This document shows, one piece after another, positions 1 through 9,141 of a DNA stretch of 32,000 nucleotides. The first letter of the stretch is position 1. Each line of letters opens with the position of its first letter. Made by a program: the position numbers and the translations under genes. Below the pieces are notes generated by a model. The model was not told the origin of the DNA. It worked only from the letters and a program-made list of their open reading frames with translations, and did no database searches. Source of the stretch: Candidatus Heimdallarchaeota archaeon (GTDB taxonomy: Archaea > Asgardarchaeota > Heimdallarchaeia > JABLTI01); contig JAUWKS010000018.1 of assembly GCA_030614005.1 (NCBI GenBank), forward strand, positions 26,068 through 58,067. Direction: 5' to 3'.

Positions 1-282
1 TATTTTCACACCCCAGAACCTATGGAGTTCAAAATAGAAGGTACATATGCTGAAAAAGATGCTAAGGTAAATGCAGAGAAGGAGTATGAATGGGTGCATA
101 GCCTATCAGATATTATTAATGCTCTCTTAAATGCAGGATTGAAACTTGAATATCTGAATGAATATCCGATTACAGTTTATGATGCATTCCCATTTGCTAA
201 ACAAGATAAAGATAGCTATTATAGATTGAAAGATCAGAAAGCGGAAATCCCTTTGATATTTACAATTCGAGCAACAAAATGA
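1..282 (+). CDS. C-terminal part of a class I SAM-dependent methyltransferase (5'-truncated by window edge)
   Basis: Frame is open from base 1 (YFHTPEPMEF...). YEWVHSLSDIINALLNAGLKLEYLNEYP and the PLIFTIRATK end match the C-terminus of a common class I methyltransferase family. The SAM-binding motif lies outside the window. Confidence 0.65.
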   Translation, partial: YFHTPEPMEFKIEGTYAEKDAKVNAEKEYEWVHSLSDIINALLNAGLKLEYLNEYPITVYDAFPFAKQDKDSYYRLKDQKAEIPLIFTIRATK

Positions 283-420
283 GATTTTAATAGGAGTACC
301 TCTCATCCCCAAAAACTTTAAATTTAGCTAAATAATTTTCTAAAAGTTGTAGCGAAGTACTGACTTAATTATAGTATATATAATACACGGATATTACAAT
401 GATTTGTATATCTGTTCAGG

Positions 421-434
421 GAAAGGTATTATAA
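421..434 (+). promoter_or_regulatory. BRE/TATA promoter of the 67-aa gene
   Basis: GAAAGG followed by TATTATAA, about 40 nt upstream of TTG 475, with SD GAGGAG at 462-467. Confidence 0.55.
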
Positions 435-474
435 TTGCAAATTTAAATTCCAACATTTAAAGAGGAGCGCAAAA

Positions 475-678
475 TTGTCGAGCAAAAAATCCAGGGATGA
501 ATTTAACAAGGAACTAGTTGATACACTCCAAAAAATCGTCAACCCTAGACGGTTAAATCGAATCTATGATAAAGTAATTTCCTATCAACAAAATGAACAA
601 TCGTATCAACGACAACAAGTTGTCCTAGGCGTTATTCAAGAATATATACAGGAAATTGATTGTTATCTTCAAGAATAA
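475..678 (+). CDS. Small helical hypothetical protein (67 aa)
   Basis: Has its own BRE/TATA, an SD (GAGGAG) 7 nt before TTG, and a T-rich tract after the stop. No family recognised. Confidence 0.7.
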   Translation: MSSKKSRDEFNKELVDTLQKIVNPRRLNRIYDKVISYQQNEQSYQRQQVVLGVIQEYIQEIDCYLQE

Positions 679-779
679 CACCGTTATTTTTCTTTTATAT
701 ATTATATATTTAAACCTGTACTTTCTTAGTTATTTTTTTTAACACAAATTCCATAAATGATAGCGCTTTTTCTATACTG

Positions 780-1619
780 TTGAAAAGTATGATGGAAGAT
801 AATCCTGTATGCCTAGGTCTTGAAAATATTACTTCAATAACTCCTACAATTTGTTCACTAATGGATGTACGTCTACCTGATATTTCCACAGAAGATGTTA
901 TTGATGATATTTTATCTATTAGTAAGAAGAAATTGGAAACTGTTGTTACAAAATGTTTAGTGTACGCTCCAGACGGAATTGGTTATTTCTTAACGATACG
1001 GTATAAAGAGCAATTCAAAAAAATGGATGATATAGCTCCCTATAGTATTCGATTATGTTCCGTTTATCCTCCAAAAACACCCATTTGTTTTGCTTCAATG
1101 TTTACTGGAGCGTTACCCCAAATTCATGGTAGGGATAGACCTGATAGAACCGTTCTAAAATGTGAAACTATTTTTGATACTTTTATTGAAGCAGGAAAAA
1201 AAGTAGCTATTGTTGCCGTGAAAAATTCCAGCATAGATTTGATTTTTAGAGAAAGATCATTAGATTATTTCACAGAAATAGATGATGAAAGCGTAACAAG
1301 AAAAACAATAGAATTGCTAGAAAAAGATCAGCATGATCTACTCGTTGTTTACCATCAAGAATACGATGATGCATTACATCAAACAACCCCTATTAGTGAA
1401 GATGCTTTAATAGCAATGAATAATCATATTGAAAGTTTCATAAAATTGGGTGAAGCATTCAATACTCATTGGAGTAAATACAATCGATTGTTGCTTTTCA
1501 CGCCTGATCATGGAGCACATATCAATAGAGAAGATGGTCGAGGTACTCACGGAAGTAACATTCCAGAAGATATGATAATTAGGCACTATTATAATATAGA
1601 AAAAGGGAAAAATGATTAG
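780..1619 (+). CDS. Alkaline phosphatase superfamily protein (nucleotide pyrophosphatase/phosphodiesterase-like)
   Basis: PDGIG (first metal Asp), SVYPPKTPICFASMFTG..P..HG (Thr nucleophile region), EYDDALH, TPDHG and THG metal ligands. Confidence 0.85.
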   Translation: MKSMMEDNPVCLGLENITSITPTICSLMDVRLPDISTEDVIDDILSISKKKLETVVTKCLVYAPDGIGYFLTIRYKEQFKKMDDIAPYSIRLCSVYPPKTPICFASMFTGALPQIHGRDRPDRTVLKCETIFDTFIEAGKKVAIVAVKNSSIDLIFRERSLDYFTEIDDESVTRKTIELLEKDQHDLLVVYHQEYDDALHQTTPISEDALIAMNNHIESFIKLGEAFNTHWSKYNRLLLFTPDHGAHINREDGRGTHGSNIPEDMIIRHYYNIEKGKND

Positions 1620-1825
1620 TATATAAAATCCGTTAAAAAATAATGAAAAAAATTGCTTTTTTCTTAATAAATAAGGGATAAATATTTTAATTTACAGCTC
1701 TATCTAAGGTTTAGGATTAGCGTGAGTGCATTATACCAATATTTTAAGAAAAAATTATTGACAGAACTTCAATATGACTTTCAACCCTTTTAGCGAGAAA
1801 GATGACGGATGGGTTTAAATGACTA

Positions 1826-1846
1826 GAGAAGGACAGTGTCCTTCTC
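1826..1846 (-). terminator. Perfect 9-bp inverted repeat at the 3' end of the SDR gene
   Basis: GAGAAGGAC-AGT-GTCCTTCTC overlaps the SDR stop codon. Confidence 0.45.
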
Positions 1847-2942
1847 AATTCCTTGTTTTGCGTGGTTCTGATTGTATTTGTTTTGTGGTTGTTTTGGTTG
1901 ATATTTTGGTTGGTTTTGAACGCTTTGTTTTTGTGATTCTTCGTTTAGGCTTAAGATAGGCCTTAATAGCTTTCATGTGACTTTTGTAATGAGGTGATTT
2001 CTTTAACAACCAGCTGCGAACTGCTGGTCTACAAATTATGGCTAGAATTCTTGCAAAAGCTAAACGCTTCTTAATGTATTGTAAATAGTCATCAAATGTA
2101 TGTTTTTGATATTGCAATATTCTTTGACTTTCTGTTGTATCCATATATCCACAATGGAATGGTTCATTTCCAAAAGCATAATTTGGTAATCGACCTATTC
2201 CCATTGCTTCAAGCAATCGTCCGACAAATTCTTCATATGTTAATCGGCATTTTTCTCCGCCTGCAATATGGAGCGTTTTCCCCCATACTTCATCATTTGT
2301 TGTTGCTCGAGCCATTGCTAAACCGGTATCTCGAGTATCTGTATGCTCAAAAGGTGTGTCTATAGGGACGTCAAACATAATTGGGTCCAAACTTAGATCG
2401 ATAGGCATAATTCCGCTGAATCTAAAAATTGTCCAAATTAAACCAGAGTTTCGCACCATTTCTTCACATTTAATTTTATGACGAGCATAGTGATCGTGCG
2501 AACTTGGATTTAATTCATCAGTTACTTTGATGACATAATCCACCCCTTTTTGTCTAACATCGCCGTAGATTGCAACAGATGAACTGAAGATTAATTTGGG
2601 TGGTGTCTGCTGTTTTTTCATAGCCGTGATTAAGTTTCTCGTGCCCCCAATATTAATTGGTTCTGCGAATTCAGGTTTGATGTTTGCTAATGGTGGGATA
2701 ATTGCTGCTAAATGAATAACAACATCCATACCTTCTACTGCTTGTTCTAAATCTGATAAGTTGCGGAGATCACCCCAACAAATCTCAACTTTATCAAAGT
2801 GTTTTTTGTACCTTTTTGCTTTTCTCTTATTAGCTTTCGTGGGTATATCAAAACATCTGATATAATGTTCCATTTTAATTAATTCATTTAATGTACTTGT
2901 TCCAACATTTCCAAATGCACCTGTGAGTAAGATTTTAACCAT
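1845..2942 (-). CDS. Extended SDR, NAD-dependent epimerase/dehydratase family, with basic C-terminal tail
   Basis: TGAFGNVG Rossmann motif, HLAA, FSSS and YARHK (YxxxK). SD AGGAGG upstream. Confidence 0.92.
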   Translation of the reverse strand: MVKILLTGAFGNVGTSTLNELIKMEHYIRCFDIPTKANKRKAKRYKKHFDKVEICWGDLRNLSDLEQAVEGMDVVIHLAAIIPPLANIKPEFAEPINIGGTRNLITAMKKQQTPPKLIFSSSVAIYGDVRQKGVDYVIKVTDELNPSSHDHYARHKIKCEEMVRNSGLIWTIFRFSGIMPIDLSLDPIMFDVPIDTPFEHTDTRDTGLAMARATTNDEVWGKTLHIAGGEKCRLTYEEFVGRLLEAMGIGRLPNYAFGNEPFHCGYMDTTESQRILQYQKHTFDDYLQYIKKRLAFARILAIICRPAVRSWLLKKSPHYKSHMKAIKAYLKPKRRITKTKRSKPTKISTKTTTKQIQSEPRKTRN

Positions 2943-3055
2943 ACATAGGCCTCCTAGATTTTTTGATGCATTTTGAATTTACATACTATCTCTGTGCCAT
3001 TTCTGTTTAATTAATAGTGCAATTCGATGTGTATGTAACCGCAATGTTAGATTCA

Positions 3056-3212
3056 CTAACAGGGACCTACACCACCTTTGCTGCTAGGTATAATAGAAAC
3101 GATTGATTACTTATTCTGCTACTAATTTAGCGATAAGAGCTAGCAAATATTGATCGGTGGTAATATGTGAAAATTGGAGGAAACTCGGGGAGGGTAAGTC
3201 CTACCAAGTTAG
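3056..3212 (-). ncRNA. Candidate structured RNA (nested multi-stem) upstream of the SDR gene
   Basis: On the minus strand, nested helices CTAAC/GTTAG, GGACTTAC/GTAGGTCC (one G-U), ACCACC/GGTGGT, TTTGCT/AGCAAA, plus inner hairpin CTTAT..GCTA/TAGC..ATAAG. A TATA box (TTTAAATA) sits about 28 nt upstream. Confidence 0.35.
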
Positions 3213-3239
3213 ACCTCTGACTAAATATAGACTCTTTAG

Positions 3240-3254
3240 TATTTAAACCTTAGT
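3240..3254 (-). promoter_or_regulatory. Minus-strand BRE/TATA
   Basis: Reverse complement reads TTACTAAGG-TTTAAATA, resembling the tRNA promoter in this window. Predicted start site near 3214. Confidence 0.45.
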
Positions 3255-3352
3255 AAAAAGGCGGAAATCTATTAAATAGCATTTTTAGGAATATTTCATC
3301 CGAAGACTAAGTGTTTTAAGAGAGAAAAACATAGTATTCCTTGGTGATCACT

Positions 3353-4243
3353 ATGGAAATTACGCACATTGGAAACAGAGGAATGGTATTTACTTTTGAC
3401 GATCTTTCTTCACCAGATTATGCTTGCCCAACAAATGTTTATGTAATTCACACCGGTAAGAGTTTCTTTATCTGTGATACTTTTCTCGGTCCTGCTTCAA
3501 TGAAAGAAGTGAAGGAATATTTGGAAAAGGAATACGGAGAAAAAGAATACATTATATTCAATAGTCATTCTCATTGGGATCATCATTGGGGTAATAGTGC
3601 CTTTCCAAAATCCAAGATCATTGCTCATGAGTTGTGTATGGAAGATATGCGAGAAAATGCTGAGAGCATACTTGAAAAAAATGCCAAATTCAAACGTGGA
3701 AAAGTAACCATAACCTATCCTAACCTTCTCTTTAAAAACAATCTAAACTTTGATGAAGAGCAGATTTTAATTTTCCACAGTCCAGGTCATACACTAGATT
3801 CAAGTTCCTGCTATGATTCCGCAGATAAAGTTCTTTTTGTAGGTGATAATCTTGAAGAACCAATTCCATATATCAATTCTAATTTAGAAGGTCTCAAAGT
3901 ATATATTGAGTCTTTGAAATATTACACTTCTCTGAACATTGATGCAATTGTTCCGGGTCATGGTCAGGTATCAGACAAGTCTCTACTTGAAGCCAATTTG
4001 CACTATCTTGAAAATTTCCCAAATTTAGCTGAACTTATTGATATTGAGAAACAGGGTAAATCTTTCTATATTGTTCATCTTGCAAATCTAAATAGATTAG
4101 CAACAATTTATGCTGACGAGAAGAATAATCTAGAGGCTCTTAAATATTTCAAATTGCTACTTGAGATTAATGAACAAGTAAACCTCTATGAAGAAGAATC
4201 ACTTAAAACCATTAACCAAAGAATTAAGGATTTGGATAAATAA
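3353..4243 (+). CDS. MBL-fold metallo-hydrolase with C-terminal TPR-like helices
   Basis: SHSHWDH, PGHT, VGD and PGHG motifs. ATG 3353 chosen because SD GGTGA lies at 3343-3347. Confidence 0.9.
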   Translation: MEITHIGNRGMVFTFDDLSSPDYACPTNVYVIHTGKSFFICDTFLGPASMKEVKEYLEKEYGEKEYIIFNSHSHWDHHWGNSAFPKSKIIAHELCMEDMRENAESILEKNAKFKRGKVTITYPNLLFKNNLNFDEEQILIFHSPGHTLDSSSCYDSADKVLFVGDNLEEPIPYINSNLEGLKVYIESLKYYTSLNIDAIVPGHGQVSDKSLLEANLHYLENFPNLAELIDIEKQGKSFYIVHLANLNRLATIYADEKNNLEALKYFKLLLEINEQVNLYEEESLKTINQRIKDLDK

Positions 4244-4391
4244 TCTACTTAGTATCTTCTATTTCACTTTTTATCTTCTTTTTTGTTTAAAATGCTAACA
4301 AAGTTCAAGTTTTTAACTAATTCGTATAATTACTTTTATTATTCTAACCAACCAATATTTATTGGGAGATAGTATTGAGAGGAGAATTAAG

Positions 4392-5681
4392 TTGAAGAAG
4401 CAATTATCTAGATACAGTAAAAAATTATCTATTTTATTAATTATTTTAGCTTTAGTTTTACCAAGTTCTTTTCTAAATATACTTGGGAAAAATTCCAACA
4501 ACAACTATTCGGGTTCAATAAATAATATGGGAGCTCCATCATTCCACTATATGGAAATGGAAGTAAAAGATGATTTAGTAATACTATCAACATTTGGTGA
4601 TTACTGGGAAATATGGAACACATCCGATCCCAAAAAACCTTTTCTAGTAAAGACCATTCATTTTGTCTCTGATGGTCTTGAATTTATTTCCGATATGGAA
4701 CTGATCAATAATTATCTTTTTATCAAATTTCTTAATCAAATAACTATTTATGATTTAGCAGATCCAACTAATCCAAATAACATCACAACCTTTTCTAGTC
4801 CATTTTCTAATATCGTAGAAATTCATATTGACAACGATTTTCTTTATTTACTTCAATATGTGGAACACTTGGATTATGTCACTTCTACACTTGCAATATT
4901 AAATATAAGTGAATTAAATTCAATTCAACTCTTAGGTGTTTATAATTCAAGTATACATCACACTTCTCCTAATTGGCATCGGAATTATGATAGATTATTA
5001 ATCAAAGATAATTTTGTATATCTAGTGTGCCCTGGAAATTATTATCCTGTTGAAGTGGATCCCGTTCTGGAAATAATCGATATAAGTAATAAATCGAATC
5101 CACAAAAAATGGGAGAATTTGTTTTGCCTTCCAGACCTTATTCTATTAGATTACGGGATGATTTTGTATTTATTCCAACACGTTATGATAATCTTCAAAT
5201 TGTTGATTGTTCAAATCCAAGTTCTCCCATTAACGTCTCAAAATTCGATAATTATGAATTAATATCTGATATCGAAATATACGATAATGTTGGTTATCTT
5301 GTAACATCAAATAAATTGATTATTTTAGATATAACAGACGTTGAAAATATACTTACTCTTGGAGAGTACACAATAAGAAATCAAGGTAACACTTATTTCA
5401 GTTATCTCAAAGTGCAAGATGACATCGTTTATTCAATTGGTCCTTCCGAACATGATGATCGCTATTTTTTCATTTTTGATTGCACAGATTTAACAAATCC
5501 TACAAAATTCTATCCAAGGGGGATACGAATATCTTCTGAGACATTATTTACATTAACAATAATTTCTACATATGCTGGGATAATTCTGGGACCGATTTTA
5601 ATTATTGTTGGTCTCTTTTTCTTGGTTAGGAAATTAAAACAAAGAAAAATAAAGGCTTACCAAAATGAAGAAAAAAGTTGA
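4392..5681 (+). CDS. LVIVD-repeat surface protein with signal peptide and C-terminal TM anchor
   Basis: Repeated L-x-I-[YVLIF]-D-[LICV]-[AST]-[DN]-P-x-x-P units, N-terminal hydrophobic helix, C-terminal TM followed by a basic cytoplasmic tail. TTG 4392 follows SD GAGGAG. Confidence 0.85.
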   Translation: MKKQLSRYSKKLSILLIILALVLPSSFLNILGKNSNNNYSGSINNMGAPSFHYMEMEVKDDLVILSTFGDYWEIWNTSDPKKPFLVKTIHFVSDGLEFISDMELINNYLFIKFLNQITIYDLADPTNPNNITTFSSPFSNIVEIHIDNDFLYLLQYVEHLDYVTSTLAILNISELNSIQLLGVYNSSIHHTSPNWHRNYDRLLIKDNFVYLVCPGNYYPVEVDPVLEIIDISNKSNPQKMGEFVLPSRPYSIRLRDDFVFIPTRYDNLQIVDCSNPSSPINVSKFDNYELISDIEIYDNVGYLVTSNKLIILDITDVENILTLGEYTIRNQGNTYFSYLKVQDDIVYSIGPSEHDDRYFFIFDCTDLTNPTKFYPRGIRISSETLFTLTIISTYAGIILGPILIIVGLFFLVRKLKQRKIKAYQNEEKS

Positions 5682-6261
5682 TCTTGGAATAGTGTTTGGT
5701 TTTGTAACCATTGCACTATTTTTTACTTCCCAATTATTAATTATAAATGAACTTGGTTTTAAAACCGGTTTATCTTTTGAAGATGAAGATATTATCATAA
5801 CAATAACAGGTGACAACGCTTTTCTCTTAGCTCGTTATGGTTTGAAGAATTTTGGTGAATTAGATTTTTATATAATTTCACTACCATTTGCTAGTCGTCC
5901 TTGGGATATCAATTTAACTTTTAATGGGTTACCGTTGGATTATTCCTGGATTACCAGTAGAATTTCTTCTGAACCGGAAATATTCGATACGATACTATTT
6001 CGAGTGGAAATCGAACCTAACCAAAAGGGGGATGTTCTTGTAAGTTACAAGCGAAACTATGATTTAGTGGTAGCTGAAGATTCTTCTTCAATTGTTTTCC
6101 GGTATATTGTTGGTTCAACAAAATCTTGGGGGGAACCATTAAATTTCGCTCATTTTGAATTCTGGTTACAAGGGAATGAATCCGATACTTTGCTTGAATC
6201 TCGAGATTATACTGATTGGATGCCGACAGAAACTTTTCTGTTTTTCGAGTATCTGCTTTAA
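5665..6261 (+). CDS. Secreted or membrane-anchored hypothetical protein, possibly DUF4424-like
   Basis: N-terminal TM/signal. FRYIVGSTKSWGEPLNFAHFEF resembles the Y-x-L-x-T-x-x-x-W-x-x-P-I strand of DUF4424-type proteins. Overlaps the upstream gene by 17 nt. Confidence 0.6.
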   Translation: MKKKVDLGIVFGFVTIALFFTSQLLIINELGFKTGLSFEDEDIIITITGDNAFLLARYGLKNFGELDFYIISLPFASRPWDINLTFNGLPLDYSWITSRISSEPEIFDTILFRVEIEPNQKGDVLVSYKRNYDLVVAEDSSSIVFRYIVGSTKSWGEPLNFAHFEFWLQGNESDTLLESRDYTDWMPTETFLFFEYLL

Positions 6262-6315
6262 TTCTGGTGTCACAAAAGCAAGTATTAATAATAGTAACAC
6301 TGATTTTTACAAGCA

Positions 6316-8034
6316 ATGTCAGAACAAAGGTTTCCTTATTTGAAGTCGACTTTAGTAAGCTTTGGTTATTTTACCAACAACCTTACGTGGTCCGTTTTCA
6401 ATATCTTTGTTCCATTATTCCTAAGTGATAATTTAAAAGCTATCCTTGGTGATGTTCCTTACATCAACACACTCATTGGATTAATAATGATTTTAGATAA
6501 TATTGCATCTATTCTTATTCAACCTTACATAGGAGCATTATCTGATCGTACTTGGATTCCAAAATTAGGGAGAAGAATGCCCTTTGTTATTATTGGACTC
6601 CCACTTGCAGCATTTTTCTTTGGGCTTATCGGTACATTTCAATCAACAATGTTTGTCGTTTTAATCGGTATTTGTGGTTTTAATATTAGCATGGCATTTT
6701 ACAAGTCACCAGTGATGAGTTTAGTTCCAGATTTACTTCCAAAGGAGTACAGAAGCCAAGGTGCAGGTGTTCTCAATGTTGTCGGTGGAGTTGCGAGCAT
6801 ATCAGGACTCTTAATTGTTTCAAGTTTAATGGTTAATCATAGCAAATTTGCATTTTGGGCACTATCGATAATAATGATTATTTGTTTGGGTATTTTGTTA
6901 CTGACAGTTCGCGAAAAGAAAGACGTCGAAATTGTAAAAAGAGATGAGAAAATTGGACTTGGTACAACCCTTAAACGAATAGTGAAAGAACGAAATTTAC
7001 CTCTAATATTCATGTTACTCTCTGTTTTTTTCCATACTGCTGGATATAGTGTTGCTGAAACATTCATTAGTAGGTACTCAACTGATTTACTAGGGTTCCA
7101 TTCTAGCACAGCTGGACAAATTTTAGCCGCTTTCATCGGCTTTTCGGTCATTGCAGCTTTGCCTGCTGGTCTAGTAGGTAAAAGAATCGGTGCATTAAAT
7201 GCTGTTATTATTGGTGTTGTCGGTTTTACAGTCTCATTAATTCCTTTGACTATTATCAGCCTTCTTCCTGATCTAAGTATTATGAAAGATGTTTTGACAC
7301 TTAATACTATGCAGTCACCAATATTTACGTGGCAATTTTTGTTCTACTTTCTATTAGTATTCACTATGGGATTCAGTTATTTATTACTATCAATTAATTC
7401 AATAGTTGTTATTTGGAATCTTGCACCCGATAAAGAGACAGCAACGTATACTAGCTTTTTTTATGTTGCTTTACATATGGCAGCAATACTTAGCCCATTT
7501 ATCGCAGGGGTTATTTTCGATTTATATGCACTAAATTCATCAAAGAATGGCTCTGATTTCTCTGGTCTAAGAATTATGTTTGTGTATGTTATTGCCTGCT
7601 ATTTGTTTACAATCGGCTTTATTTCTCTAGTAAAGATATTTAGGAATAGACAATTGAAAGAAATTGAGGATAAAGATACTTACATACAACAACGTTTGGA
7701 GCAGAAGGAATATCCTCTACAATACATTCCAATGCTTCTCTTTGGTATAGGTACGCGAAGGCGGAAAGTAATTCTTGATTTGCGAAAAGAGCATCACGAA
7801 GAACAAAAGGAAATGGATGAACAAATTAGAAAGCTGCGAAAAAAGCAAATGTTTGTAGCAGAAGATTTGCCTGATGATGCTAAAGTTGTAGATGAACGCC
7901 ATAAGAAAACAATTGCTGATCATAGACAAATGAAGAAAGAAATGGTAAAGGAACAAAAGGAAAAAATAAGGGAAATGAGACAAGATATCATTGATGAGAA
8001 AATAAAGAAGAAACTAGAAGAAGAATATGATTGA
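6316..8034 (+). CDS. MFS transporter (GPH/SLC45-like sugar-cation symporter) with long charged C-terminal extension
   Basis: IQPYIGALSDRTWIPKLGRRMPF loop motif, 12 hydrophobic segments, LVPDLLPKEYRSQG. About 130 aa of K/E/R-rich tail follow. Confidence 0.9.
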   Translation: MSEQRFPYLKSTLVSFGYFTNNLTWSVFNIFVPLFLSDNLKAILGDVPYINTLIGLIMILDNIASILIQPYIGALSDRTWIPKLGRRMPFVIIGLPLAAFFFGLIGTFQSTMFVVLIGICGFNISMAFYKSPVMSLVPDLLPKEYRSQGAGVLNVVGGVASISGLLIVSSLMVNHSKFAFWALSIIMIICLGILLLTVREKKDVEIVKRDEKIGLGTTLKRIVKERNLPLIFMLLSVFFHTAGYSVAETFISRYSTDLLGFHSSTAGQILAAFIGFSVIAALPAGLVGKRIGALNAVIIGVVGFTVSLIPLTIISLLPDLSIMKDVLTLNTMQSPIFTWQFLFYFLLVFTMGFSYLLLSINSIVVIWNLAPDKETATYTSFFYVALHMAAILSPFIAGVIFDLYALNSSKNGSDFSGLRIMFVYVIACYLFTIGFISLVKIFRNRQLKEIEDKDTYIQQRLEQKEYPLQYIPMLLFGIGTRRRKVILDLRKEHHEEQKEMDEQIRKLRKKQMFVAEDLPDDAKVVDERHKKTIADHRQMKKEMVKEQKEKIREMRQDIIDEKIKKKLEEEYD

Positions 8035-8171
8035 TTGTTCTGGTTTTAATTTTGCAATACTATCAGCTTTTTTCTAAATAATTGGCATTGTTTTTTTTCT
8101 GATAGATTCATTGCTAGGTTTTAATACTCGATTGCACCAAAACCCTTTGCTATTTATAGTGGGGCATACTA

Positions 8172-9131
8172 ATGAGTGATGTTGAAGATTATGCTATTGT
8201 AGTTGAGGATTTGGTCAAAAAATATGGTGATTTAATAGCTGTAAATAATCTCTCTCTAAAAATAAAGCGAGGCGAGATTTTCGCTTTTCTTGGTCCGAAT
8301 GGTGCTGGAAAAACTACTGCTATTGAAATTCTTGAAGGTATTAGGAAAAAAACCAGTGGGAAAGTTATCGTTTTAGGAAAAGATATTGACAAACGAAAAG
8401 AGCTCGACCAAATAAAAAAAATCATTGGCACATTACCACAAGAATTCAATACGCATCTGAATTTAACAGTTAAAGAGAATCTTAGATTTTGGAGTAGAAT
8501 GTATGGGAAAAATATTCCAATTGAGGATTTAATAGCATTAGTTAAGCTTGAAGATAAAGCTAATGTACAATACAAAAATCTTTCAGGTGGTTTAAAACGT
8601 CGATTAGGTATTGCAATTTCACTTGTAAATGATCCTGAATTAGTATTCTTGGATGAACCTACAACTGGTCTTGATCCTCGTGCAAGACGGGAAACTTGGG
8701 AGATTATTAAGGGTCTTAAAGAACAAGGTAAAACGATTTTTTTGACAACTCATTATATGGAAGAAGCACATGTTTTAGCAGATAACGTTGGTATTATTTA
8801 CAAGGGAGAAATAATGGATATTGGTACTCCTACTGAATTAATCGATAAGCATGGTGGCGCTAACAAGATAATTGTTCGATGTAATGATCAAGAAACTCGC
8901 GATCAAATTTACAATATTCTCTTTGAGATGGGTCCTTTGGAAAATGACGATGGTGACATTGTTATTTCTGCTAAAAAGAAGGGAAGTATTTCCAAAGTGG
9001 TTGATTTACTTGAAGAAAATGATGTACCCTATTCTGATATAGTAACTCAAAGACCAACTCTAGAAGATATTTTTCTTACTCTAACAGGTGAGATATTGAT
9101 CACTTCAACAGAAACAGAGGAAAAGACTTGA
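8172..9131 (+). CDS. ABC-2 type exporter ATP-binding subunit
   Basis: Walker A GPNGAGKT, signature LSGG, Walker B LVFLDEPT and H-loop TTHY. Confidence 0.95.
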   Translation: MSDVEDYAIVVEDLVKKYGDLIAVNNLSLKIKRGEIFAFLGPNGAGKTTAIEILEGIRKKTSGKVIVLGKDIDKRKELDQIKKIIGTLPQEFNTHLNLTVKENLRFWSRMYGKNIPIEDLIALVKLEDKANVQYKNLSGGLKRRLGIAISLVNDPELVFLDEPTTGLDPRARRETWEIIKGLKEQGKTIFLTTHYMEEAHVLADNVGIIYKGEIMDIGTPTELIDKHGGANKIIVRCNDQETRDQIYNILFEMGPLENDDGDIVISAKKKGSISKVVDLLEENDVPYSDIVTQRPTLEDIFLTLTGEILITSTETEEKT

Positions 9132-9141
9132 GAGTGAAGAA

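Noticed and set aside
707-717. TTTAAAT boxes pointing antisense into gene 3' ends (also 1811-1820)
   Set aside because: Such heptamers are expected every 1-2 kb at this AT content; no other support.
2096-2365. Shadow ORFs nested in or antisense to confident genes (also 127, 4313, 4441, 5634, 6017, 6155, 6216, 6837, 7717, 8189, 11196, 11761, 16111, 18166, 19006, 20848, 20886, 23965, 24428, 27161, 28132, 29506)
   Set aside because: They overlap well-supported genes in other frames and show no motifs.
3061-3082. Minus-strand AAAGGTGGT as a possible T-box
   Set aside because: It lacks the ACC of UGGNACC and has no terminator or specifier stem.
3176-3202. GGAGGAAACTC resembling the RNase P RNA P4 5' strand or the c-di-AMP riboswitch core
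   Set aside because: No complementary P4 3' strand or other conserved elements downstream, and the surrounding pairing favours the opposite strand.
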